A stretch of DNA of 10,239 nucleotides from Oligoflexales bacterium (GTDB taxonomy: Bacteria; Bdellovibrionota_B; Oligoflexia; Oligoflexales; Bog-1112), in assembly GCA_045105515.1 (NCBI GenBank), contig JBGCDR010000122.1:1-10239 (forward strand), read 5' to 3'. Positions 1 to 7,835 of this stretch are shown here, piece by piece. Positions within the stretch are counted from its first letter, which is position 1. Every line of letters starts with the position of its first letter. The translations under genes and the position numbers were made by a program. The notes below the pieces were generated by a model. That model searched no databases. It was not told where the DNA came from and saw only the letters and a program-made list of their open reading frames with translations.

Positions 1-35
1 TCATACCTTTGCTCATAAGTGAGATTGGCAGACAT
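1..35 (-). CDS. N-terminal fragment of a probable IS30-family transposase (partial at window edge)
   Basis: AAAGGGG RBS (41-47), 5 nt spacer, ATG at 35, translating MSANLTYEQRY. This matches the LTxE(Q/E)RY start of the IS30 N-terminal HTH. Only 11 codons are visible. Confidence 0.65.
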   Translation of the reverse strand, partial: MSANLTYEQRY

Positions 36-137
36 AAATACCCCTTTCTTGCAAGCAGATTAGCCTCATAGACTAAACTAAATCCGCCTTCCGAAGCGAT
101 GGAATTTTTTCTTCTGCACTTAATCTAGCAATCCGCC
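1..137 (-). mobile_element. Left end of a probable IS30-family insertion sequence (continues beyond window start)
   Basis: The minus strand from 137 reads GGCGGATTGCTAGATTAAGTGCAGAAG (plus strand TGCACTTAATCTAGCAATCCGCC, 115-137), resembling IS30-family terminal inverted repeats. About 100 nt further in are an RBS and an ORF start with an IS30 transposase-like N-terminus. The partner IR is not in the window. Confidence 0.7.
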
Positions 138-466
138 AAAGGAAATAACATCTTGGGACTCCACATTTTTAAGAAGAAAAAGAACCAAAGGGATGAATAT
201 AAATTTTTTAAAAACTTTTCTATAGATTTATATGAAGAAAAGATTGTTAGAGCTCCTTTACAAGCTAGGATTAGGGTCAATAAACCATATTTATTTTTTA
301 TTTCAGATTGTTTATCGACTTGATCTACCCATATTGGGTTTGTCGGCTAGTTTAAAAAAATTGATTCATTATTTAATTCCAGATACTTAACATTACCATT
401 AAAGTGCATAAATGCTGCTCCCGAAATATCCCTCGAGAAATATGACTTTAGAGGAAGAATATAAAT

Positions 467-2752
467 ATGAGCATGTGTCCCAGCAGAATTTCTCTTTCGA
501 TATATTTAACTATCGTTCCATTTTTAAGCATATTGATAAGCTGTGATAGCGACGAGGGTAAGCTAGGTCAATCATCTGACCTAATCAGAGAGGCTGATAG
601 CAGAGCAGCAGTATTGAGTAATGAAGAAAGTTATGCCGATAAAAATAGCGATACTACAGAAGATGAAATTATTACCATTGAGATTGATACCGAGATTAGC
701 AAAATCATTGAAAAGCTACCTATTGAAGAAGAGATAGAAAATAAGAATCCAGATATAGATTTTGGCTCTGAAGAACTTGTAGATGATTTCACCAAGTTTT
801 TTCGTATCATAAATACCCACTGCACCTACTGCCATGGAGGGATCAATTCTCTTCATCCTGAAATCTTCGATTTTAGTAGCTTAGATAACTTGCAAAAATG
901 GATAAGTGCTGAACAAATCACACCATCTAAAGCATTGAGTTCTCCAGTTTTTAACCGCTTGGTATTTGCTCCTGAGGAGCTTGAAACTCTAAGAAATATG
1001 CCATATAGTACAAACGGCTTGATTTCTATGAAAAAGGAACAGGCTGACTTCATCTATAAGTTCATCAATTCCTTAAGCCCTCCTCCAGAAGATGAAATTT
1101 TTGAACCGGTAAATAATTTTGCAGCTGCAAATCAAATCAAATCATTAATTAACGGTCAAGCATTATCAGAAGAAGATGTGTCTGATATTATGCAAGATCA
1201 AGATCAAACCCTCAGCAACAATACAATCAAAAAAATGATGACAAGGTGGCTTGAGCAGGAAAGTGGGCGAAAATGGCTTGGGGATTTTTTGCTTGTAACC
1301 CTCGATCAAAATGGAGTCTATGACACAAATAGAAGGGATCGCTACTTAGGTGCACATATTTCACCGTATAACAACAAAAGTGGTAGTTTCGGCAGGGATT
1401 TTGAGCAAGCAGTATTTGAATCTTCGCGCAAAACCTACTTAAAAATTATAGATGAAAACTTACCTTTTAATCGAATTATTGACACCTGTGAAATTTACGT
1501 TAGCACCACCTTACTTGTTGCTATGCTATATGCAGGGGATCCAACAAAGAACCCAAATTCCGCAAGCAAGGAATTTAGAGATTTCATCACTGGAAATACA
1601 AATCCAGCCGATAATTTCGATTGGAAGCTGATTACCGCTGAACAAGGCAGCCAAACGATTGCTTGGAATGATATCGAATCTATCCGAGCTATCAATGATG
1701 GAGAAAGTATAAAATTCACAACTTCTCGATGTGGATTTTTTAATACCCTTGGCTACCATTTCAAAAATCGTACTAACAGTGACAACCGCTTTCGAATTAC
1801 AGTCAGTCAAGCTTTTATTTCAGGCCTCAACAGGCAATTTGTAGCCTCTGATATGACTCCTACTTTCACTGAAGCAGGCGTAGACAAAGATCATGCATCG
1901 CAGGCTGCATGTTACTCTTGTCACAAAAACCTAGATCCCATGACCTATATTTTTGCCTCGGAAATGCGACCTAATTACCGACCTAGCAATGTTAGTGATT
2001 TTGTTGATAAGAAAGGCTTTGCTTTTAGAGGCGTACAAAAAACGGCAAATTCTATTTCCGAATTTGCTGACGTTCTAGCAAGTCACCCTGAATTTGCCAA
2101 AGGATGGACTGAACGGTGCTATGAATATGCAGGTCACTCACTTAGCGAAGATTCTCCAGGGTTTAAGCAGTCCCTAGAAACTTTTAAGGCAAGCAATTTA
2201 AACTTCAAGGAACTACTTTTCCACTGCCTTGGATCGCTTAAAGTCATAGGTCAAGGAAAAAGTGAGAAGAAATGGGAGCCAAAAACCCTTAGAAAAAGCC
2301 AATTTTGTCAAGCTTTAACTATCCGTGTTAATAGCTTAAGGGATTCTCTTAATTTGGGTCCTAATCTTCCTAATCTGTGTCAGGATAGAGATATTGAGAC
2401 TATCGCAAACAGTTTACCTGAGACCATAATTTCTAGAGGAATCAAAGGCTATAGCGTACCCAAACATGACACTGAAATAACCTATCGATTTAGAGAACGA
2501 GTTTGTGAAGAAGCAGCCTACGAACATTTTGACTCTATTCCAAAAGAACTATCGGTGAGCGACATCGTCGTAAAAATGCCAGAAACGATAATGAGTATCC
2601 CTGCTCAGCACCCTTTATCACAAAAAATTGAGGCAATTTTGCTCAACACTTTAGAAGAAAGTAGTGAGGTAAATAACAGTGAAATCGAAGGATTACAGGA
2701 ATCTTTTATCGCAGCATGTTTAGCTGGATTAAATGGGACAGGAATATGGTAG
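467..2752 (+). CDS. Cytochrome c lipoprotein with two CxxCH motifs (planctomycete cytochrome c-like domain plus DUF1549/DUF1553/DUF1588-like region)
   Basis: 761 aa ORF with GAGGA RBS upstream. Hydrophobic leader and lipobox-like ILIS-C26 followed by an acidic linker. CTYCH (821-835) with a downstream RL...MP axial Met-type motif; H-x5-CYSCH-KNLDP (1910-1924). Lies directly upstream of a DUF1501-like gene, the usual arrangement. Confidence 0.8.
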   Translation: MSMCPSRISLSIYLTIVPFLSILISCDSDEGKLGQSSDLIREADSRAAVLSNEESYADKNSDTTEDEIITIEIDTEISKIIEKLPIEEEIENKNPDIDFGSEELVDDFTKFFRIINTHCTYCHGGINSLHPEIFDFSSLDNLQKWISAEQITPSKALSSPVFNRLVFAPEELETLRNMPYSTNGLISMKKEQADFIYKFINSLSPPPEDEIFEPVNNFAAANQIKSLINGQALSEEDVSDIMQDQDQTLSNNTIKKMMTRWLEQESGRKWLGDFLLVTLDQNGVYDTNRRDRYLGAHISPYNNKSGSFGRDFEQAVFESSRKTYLKIIDENLPFNRIIDTCEIYVSTTLLVAMLYAGDPTKNPNSASKEFRDFITGNTNPADNFDWKLITAEQGSQTIAWNDIESIRAINDGESIKFTTSRCGFFNTLGYHFKNRTNSDNRFRITVSQAFISGLNRQFVASDMTPTFTEAGVDKDHASQAACYSCHKNLDPMTYIFASEMRPNYRPSNVSDFVDKKGFAFRGVQKTANSISEFADVLASHPEFAKGWTERCYEYAGHSLSEDSPGFKQSLETFKASNLNFKELLFHCLGSLKVIGQGKSEKKWEPKTLRKSQFCQALTIRVNSLRDSLNLGPNLPNLCQDRDIETIANSLPETIISRGIKGYSVPKHDTEITYRFRERVCEEAAYEHFDSIPKELSVSDIVVKMPETIMSIPAQHPLSQKIEAILLNTLEESSEVNNSEIEGLQESFIAACLAGLNGTGIW

Positions 2753-4023
2753 CAACAAAAAATAATCGCAGAGATTTTTTATCTAAGGTCCTATTTGGAT
2801 ACGGAGGACTTGGACTAAAGTCATTATTAATTGGTCTTCCACCAGGGTTTATAATGAGCAGAGTTATAGGACAAGAAGCACGAACCAGATTGATCTACTG
2901 CTTTCAAAAGCAAGGTGATCCAATTGGCTGTAACTTTGGTCCAGCTTACGATATTCCAGAATGCGTCCATCCTGCTGCTTTTGAAACTCCTGTTTTAACA
3001 AGTTTTGGAGATAACAGCATACAATGTGCGGCACCTTGGGCCAGCCTTCCTCAGGACTTCCGCGCTAAATCCCATATGATTTTTCATCACACTGGAGCTG
3101 CTGCCCATCCAGAATCCAATGTTGTTCTAGCTGGATTTTCAAGCCTTAAAGGTCAAGGGGGAGTTGGAAGCGAAATGTTGCCAAGCATCCATAAAGACTT
3201 GTTTGGAGACGGGCTCTCGATCATTCACCTTACCAACAAATTTTCTCTTACAGAGGGAGGATCAAGTCCTATTCCTCAGATCGCTCCCAACAGTCTAAAA
3301 AGCGCATTCTCTCTTAGCGACACCCAACTCTTGAATATTCGCGACAAAGCTTTAAATGAGCTCTGGAAAGAATGTAAAGCCTCTGGAAACACAGCACAAT
3401 GGGAATACTGCGATAAAATGATCATGACATCATCTCAATCCAGAGAACTTGCAAAGAATCTTTCAGGTTTACTAGAGAACGTAGAAACTCTGGATACCTT
3501 CACTGCAGCAGTGATTGTCATGGCTGCAGGCGCAAGCTCTGTAGCCACCATCCATATTCCATTTGGCGGTGACAATCATGACGACCAAGGACTCACCAAA
3601 GAAGCTAATCAACTTAGCTCAGGATGCCAACAACTTGAAAGTCTATGGAATCTCATGAAACAATACAACATACACACTACAACGACATTTGCGATGCAAG
3701 GAGTTTTTGGCAGAACTTTTGGTCTAAAAAATGGTGCTAAGAACGGTCGGGATCACCATGGAGGAGCAAGCACTACCCTTATTCAAGGGCCAAATGTAAA
3801 GGGAGGCTTATCCGGTGGATTAATTCCTATTAGTGGTAAAAAAGCTGCAGAAACTACTGGTATTAATTCCAAGACTGGGCAAGCAACTAATTCTGGAGAC
3901 ATTCCAAAAAATGAAACTTTAGCAGCAGCCTGCAGAACAGTGCTAAAAGTGTGTGGAGCCTCAGAATCCGAATTAGAAGAGCGAGTGAGGGGAGGAAAAC
4001 TGATCGAATCAGCTATCTTGTAA
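2746..4023 (+). CDS. Tat-exported DUF1501-like protein (putative metalloenzyme)
   Basis: The start is more likely ATG 2746 than 2716: it overlaps the upstream stop (ATGGTAG) and puts the twin-arginine motif NRRDFL near the N-terminus. Conserved-looking motifs HHTGAAAHPE, GGDNHDD, FGRT, GRDHH and GPNVKGG are typical of DUF1501/DUF1552-type proteins. Confidence 0.8.
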   Translation: MVATKNNRRDFLSKVLFGYGGLGLKSLLIGLPPGFIMSRVIGQEARTRLIYCFQKQGDPIGCNFGPAYDIPECVHPAAFETPVLTSFGDNSIQCAAPWASLPQDFRAKSHMIFHHTGAAAHPESNVVLAGFSSLKGQGGVGSEMLPSIHKDLFGDGLSIIHLTNKFSLTEGGSSPIPQIAPNSLKSAFSLSDTQLLNIRDKALNELWKECKASGNTAQWEYCDKMIMTSSQSRELAKNLSGLLENVETLDTFTAAVIVMAAGASSVATIHIPFGGDNHDDQGLTKEANQLSSGCQQLESLWNLMKQYNIHTTTTFAMQGVFGRTFGLKNGAKNGRDHHGGASTTLIQGPNVKGGLSGGLIPISGKKAAETTGINSKTGQATNSGDIPKNETLAAACRTVLKVCGASESELEERVRGGKLIESAIL

Positions 4024-4110
4024 AAAGCAAGTTAGTTGATAGAAAAAAAACAGCAGTGAAAAATTATACCTATGTATTGTAGTACCTATTTTGATGAAAA
4101 AAATCGTCGG

Positions 4111-4731
4111 TTATGGAAATAGATATTTGGTAAAATACTCGGAGAAACCAGTATCCCAGTTAAACTCCTCAGTACTATCTTCAAGGCTCCAAACTCTTGT
4201 AATTTCTTGGCATATACCATCACTATCTATTTTGGTTTCACCAACACTTATTTGTAAATCATTTGATCCACATTCAAAAGAATATAGAGTCACCTTAAAT
4301 TGTTTGCTATTTTGCCCAAAAAAATTAGTTGATTTAAAAATATCAGGATATTTAATAGAGACAGTAATATGGGAGTTGTATTGAGTTTGTTGATATTCCA
4401 CACTAAAATTGTTACTTAGGTCTTCATCAATAAGTTCTTGAAAACTTGCAAAAGCTCCTCTTTCAAGGTGATCTATATAAGCTACTGTTTTACTATCATC
4501 CTTTGTAAAACCATGTAACTCAGCAAAATCAATGATTCGAAGCATTTCATTGGCTATTTTTCCCACATTGCTAGAGCGATTAACAAAATTATTGAGTCTT
4601 CTCTTAACTTCTTTAAGAGCGACCAATGCTTGTCCATAAGACGGATTATTATCGTTAGCAAAGCTAGCACGACAAACTTGAAGGGACGGAAACACAAGAA
4701 TAAAGCTCAAGGCTAGTAAAGCTGATTTCAT
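4111..4731 (-). CDS. Hypothetical secreted protein
   Basis: 206 aa ORF with strong AGGAG RBS (4739-4743) 7 nt before ATG and a Sec-type signal peptide MKSALLALSFILVFPSLQVCRA. No recognisable family. Confidence 0.8.
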   Translation of the reverse strand: MKSALLALSFILVFPSLQVCRASFANDNNPSYGQALVALKEVKRRLNNFVNRSSNVGKIANEMLRIIDFAELHGFTKDDSKTVAYIDHLERGAFASFQELIDEDLSNNFSVEYQQTQYNSHITVSIKYPDIFKSTNFFGQNSKQFKVTLYSFECGSNDLQISVGETKIDSDGICQEITRVWSLEDSTEEFNWDTGFSEYFTKYLFP

Positions 4732-4952
4732 AACGTTACTCCTACAAGAATTAATCTATACCTGTGTTTGGTAACATGACAAGTTCATTCCGTAAATAAC
4801 TAGCTTGCAAAAAATAAATCAGCAGGTTTTTTGTAGACCGTGAAAAACTTTCGAATTCTTGACGAACGATAACTCTTAGTGTTAATTGATGAATCCGTGA
4901 ATTGGACTGTGGGCTAAAACCTATGTTTCTCTCGATAAATAGGACAAAAATT

Positions 4953-6524
4953 ATGAAAATAAACCTTGCAATTTTAATTTTCTTCTTTACATCTCATTCA
5001 ATTGCTAGAGATTTATCTCTCCCCTCAACTGTACTGATAGATCCAAATAAAGAGCTAACAGCCCAGTATTTAGCTCGATCTATCGCTGCAAACGGGGTGA
5101 GTCCTATTCGATTTAACCAGCAAGTAGATCCTGACATGCTCCACACAAGCCACGAACTTGACCCAGGTAAAACCCAAAATCAGAAACAAAGCGGTCGTTG
5201 CTGGATTTTTGCGGGAGAAAAAATTCTTGGAGAGGTAATTCGAGACGCATGGGATAAAGAGCTTACCTTTTCTCACAATTACATTGCATTTTGGGATAAG
5301 ATGGAAAGGGCTAATTATATTCTCGAAAAACTCTTCGAATATCGTCAGCTAAAACCTAATGATCCAAAAATTCAAAGCCTTATCAATCATATGGGAGATG
5401 GTGGCGAATGGGAACTTTTCAAAAATATCGTCAAAAAATATGGTGTTGTGCCAGTAAGTGTAATGCCCGAAACTAGCTTCAGTGGAAACTCGAGAGCCTA
5501 CACCCAAACCTTATCACAAGTAATCGCCCGCAGTGCAGGATTAATCTTACAACTTAATACTCAATATGGAAAAGAAACAATCGAGCAAGAATTTATAAAA
5601 ATTAAATCAAAATCCCTTCGGATCATCCGCACAATACTGGTAAATTATTTGGGTACACCTCCTCAGTTTTACTCAAAACACCAGGGTAAATTTTATTGGC
5701 AACAACCAAAAGACAAGAAATCAAAAACCTCTGATGAGAAAACTCGAACAGAGGGTGAGGAAAATATAAAAAAAGAGACAAAAGAAAATAAAAATGAAGT
5801 TAAAAATGAAGGCAAAGTAGAGAATATAGTTGAAAAATTAGAGCTTATAAGTCCAATTGACTTACTTGATCGTGCTGGCATCAAGCTCGATGACTATGTT
5901 CATATTTCGCACCTACCTTACCATAAAGATGACAAAGGCAAACTAATTGAAGGCTACGAACTTATTGTAAAAGATGGTGGAAATGTAATCGATATGGAAC
6001 CGCTTAAAACTCTTTTAGTAAATATGTCAGAAATTAAGACCTCAATCCGTAAATCTATTAAGGACGGTTCCGGTGTGCAAATAGGATGTGAGATGAAGCA
6101 CCTTGATATTGATAAATCTCTCCTTTCTATAAGTAACGATGAAATGAGCACGATTTTTGAAATAGATACTCTTGACCATTTAGATAAGGCAGATCGCATG
6201 CTTGCTGGTGAAGACAAAGTAGCCCATGGCATGTACCTTATTGGATGTGATGATGCTGACAAAACCCTAGTGAACCGCGAAAATTCTGAGGCAAAGGATA
6301 TAGAGTTTTATGGGCCACTTTGGAAAGTTCTAAACTCTTGGGGCAATGGAAGAGCAGAGAAAATATTCATGACCGATCAATGGTTTGAGGAGTATGCTCA
6401 CAGCTTTATCTTAAAGAAGAAATACCTATCGCAATCAATCTTGGATTCTTTAAGTTCGGGATTAAGTATTGAGACTGACTACAATGATCCATTTTCAAAA
6501 ATTACAGCAAAAAGGACTAACTAA
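4953..6524 (+). CDS. pepC: C1B-family cysteine peptidase (aminopeptidase C/bleomycin hydrolase-like) with signal peptide
   Basis: Catalytic motifs NQKQSGRCWIFA (Cys codon 5199-5201), AHGMYLIG (His 6225-6227) and WKVLNSWG (Asn 6333-6335). Family motifs FWDKMERAN, DGGEW and KYGVVP..VMPET. Start placed at ATG 4953 (AGGA upstream; MKINLAILIFFFTSHSIA leader) rather than TTG 4902. Confidence 0.9.
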   Translation: MKINLAILIFFFTSHSIARDLSLPSTVLIDPNKELTAQYLARSIAANGVSPIRFNQQVDPDMLHTSHELDPGKTQNQKQSGRCWIFAGEKILGEVIRDAWDKELTFSHNYIAFWDKMERANYILEKLFEYRQLKPNDPKIQSLINHMGDGGEWELFKNIVKKYGVVPVSVMPETSFSGNSRAYTQTLSQVIARSAGLILQLNTQYGKETIEQEFIKIKSKSLRIIRTILVNYLGTPPQFYSKHQGKFYWQQPKDKKSKTSDEKTRTEGEENIKKETKENKNEVKNEGKVENIVEKLELISPIDLLDRAGIKLDDYVHISHLPYHKDDKGKLIEGYELIVKDGGNVIDMEPLKTLLVNMSEIKTSIRKSIKDGSGVQIGCEMKHLDIDKSLLSISNDEMSTIFEIDTLDHLDKADRMLAGEDKVAHGMYLIGCDDADKTLVNRENSEAKDIEFYGPLWKVLNSWGNGRAEKIFMTDQWFEEYAHSFILKKKYLSQSILDSLSSGLSIETDYNDPFSKITAKRTN

Positions 6525-6565
6525 AATTGCCAATCTTGTGGCGAACTTATTTTAGAAAAGCATAT

Positions 6566-6649
6566 GAGATCCCTCGACTTCGCTCGGAATGACCGAGACT
6601 TTCGCTCGGAATGACCTCAGTGTCATCTCGACTGCAATGGAGAGATCTC
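6566..6649. repeat. Cluster of REP-like palindromic repeats (GTCAT/ATGAC-ended units) between convergent genes
   Basis: Unit 6566-6593 (GAGATCCCTCGACTTCGCTCGGAATGAC); exact 16-bp direct repeat TTCGCTCGGAATGACC at 6579-6594 and 6601-6616; inverted unit 6622-6649 whose reverse complement matches the first unit at 20/28 positions. Confidence 0.8.
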
Positions 6650-6683
6650 CTTATAAGCACCTAAAACGCTGGGATGAACAAGT

Positions 6684-7724
6684 TCAACAAAATTTGGGCC
6701 TATGAGAAGCAATAAAAACTGCTTTATCACCTTGCCGGATATGGAAGCTTGATTCAGGGAGAAAGTAATTGTTTTGACCACGCCTTACTCCTGCTAAGAC
6801 CGCTCCAGGTCCCTCAAAACCTTCTCTAACCTCACCATAGCTTTGGTATTTTCTAGGTACCTCTATAACGTAAAACTGCTTTCCTGTTGCATTGCTAGTT
6901 AATTCACTGACGATATCAAGTGTCCCAGGATCCTGCATTTCCTGAGCGATCATTTGGCTAGCCATGGCACTCACACAAACCACGCTATCACAACCAGCAC
7001 GCGTAAATAAATCTACATGCTCTGGATTGAGACATTCAACAATTGCTCTAAGTTGCTTAGCTACACTTTTAAGAGTGATCATCACTGCAAGGTTTTTTAA
7101 ATCTGAATGAAGTGGGTCTTGTAAATCTGCTAGAATAATTGCACTCTTGGCAGAACAAAAATTAGCCCTTTCTAAAACCGTCAACTCTCCTGGGTTGCCC
7201 TTAACAAACAAAACTTTCTGCTTAGCTAAACCTGGAGGAATTTCATCAAGATTTTGATCTATAATCACTATTTCAGAGCTTGAAGTAGTTCGGTCTTTGC
7301 GAATCTCGTTTACCAATCTAGCAACACTCGCTTCAGAACTGAAGCGAACGATAAGAACATGATTTTTTAACTTCATCAGCATCCGTCCCTTACGCCTGCT
7401 CATCCTTGATTCAAAAACAAAAGAAGCAAGCAATGATAGAAAATATCCAATTAATGCAACTCCTACAATCAAGGTTGGATAACCTATCAAAAATCGGCCC
7501 TCAATCGTAACAGGTGCTAAGTCCCCATACCCTACTGTTGTCATCGTCACTAAAGACCACCAGGCAGCATCATACCAAGTGAGGCCTGGCTGGTGACTTT
7601 TTTCGAACAGGTAAAAACCCACTGATGAGTAGAGAAATATTAACAAAAAGAATAAAGATGCCATACCCAGATTGCTTTTGAATCCAGACATCAATTTACG
7701 TAAAAATGATATAAAAATAACCAT
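6684..7724 (-). CDS. Two-TM potassium channel with C-terminal RCK (TrkA-N-like) domain, MthK-like
   Basis: TM helix, pore helix DAAWWSLVTM, selectivity filter TTVGYGD (7521-7541), second TM helix, then RCK-type motifs NHVLIV, FVKGNP, LERAN, AIILAD and AGCDSVV. Confidence 0.92.
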   Translation of the reverse strand: MVIFISFLRKLMSGFKSNLGMASLFFLLIFLYSSVGFYLFEKSHQPGLTWYDAAWWSLVTMTTVGYGDLAPVTIEGRFLIGYPTLIVGVALIGYFLSLLASFVFESRMSRRKGRMLMKLKNHVLIVRFSSEASVARLVNEIRKDRTTSSSEIVIIDQNLDEIPPGLAKQKVLFVKGNPGELTVLERANFCSAKSAIILADLQDPLHSDLKNLAVMITLKSVAKQLRAIVECLNPEHVDLFTRAGCDSVVCVSAMASQMIAQEMQDPGTLDIVSELTSNATGKQFYVIEVPRKYQSYGEVREGFEGPGAVLAGVRRGQNNYFLPESSFHIRQGDKAVFIASHRPKFC

Positions 7725-7835
7725 GGTTCTAAACAGATGAAGCCCACTGAGCCTTGCAAGAATCAGCTAAAGATGGGCATGTTAACGATATATTTTACAC
7801 ACTAAGTCTATCCCATTATTAGAATTCAGCACATA

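Noticed and set aside
400..427. Sigma-28-like promoter TAAAG-N15-CCCGAAAT upstream of the cytochrome gene
   Set aside because: The -10 match is imperfect and the spacing is one base off; too likely by chance in AT-rich DNA.
631..1810. Four short minus-strand ORFs (631-825, 853-1053, 1495-1719, 1526-1810)
   Set aside because: Antisense shadows within the well-supported cytochrome gene, with no motifs.
2716..2745. ORF-track start of the DUF1501-like gene at 2716
   Set aside because: It would overlap the upstream gene by 37 nt; ATG 2746 gives a coupled start and a properly placed Tat motif.
4091..4384. 97 aa plus-strand ORF
   Set aside because: Antisense to the 206 aa gene that has the RBS and signal peptide; no recognisable features.
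4859..4888. Sigma-70 promoter TTGACG...TTAATT upstream of pepC
   Set aside because: Good -35 but the -10 lacks the key conserved positions at 17 or 18 bp spacing.
4902..4952. ORF-track TTG start of the peptidase
   Set aside because: No RBS; ATG 4953 has AGGA upstream and begins a typical signal peptide.
5070..6262. Short minus-strand ORFs inside pepC (5070-5276, 5693-5884, 5954-6262)
   Set aside because: Antisense shadows; the hydrophobic 5693-5884 ORF simply mirrors the A-rich Lys/Glu insertion.
6566..6649. Repeats as a mini CRISPR array
   Set aside because: Only two 16-bp direct copies separated by 6 bp, the third unit is inverted, and no cas genes are present.
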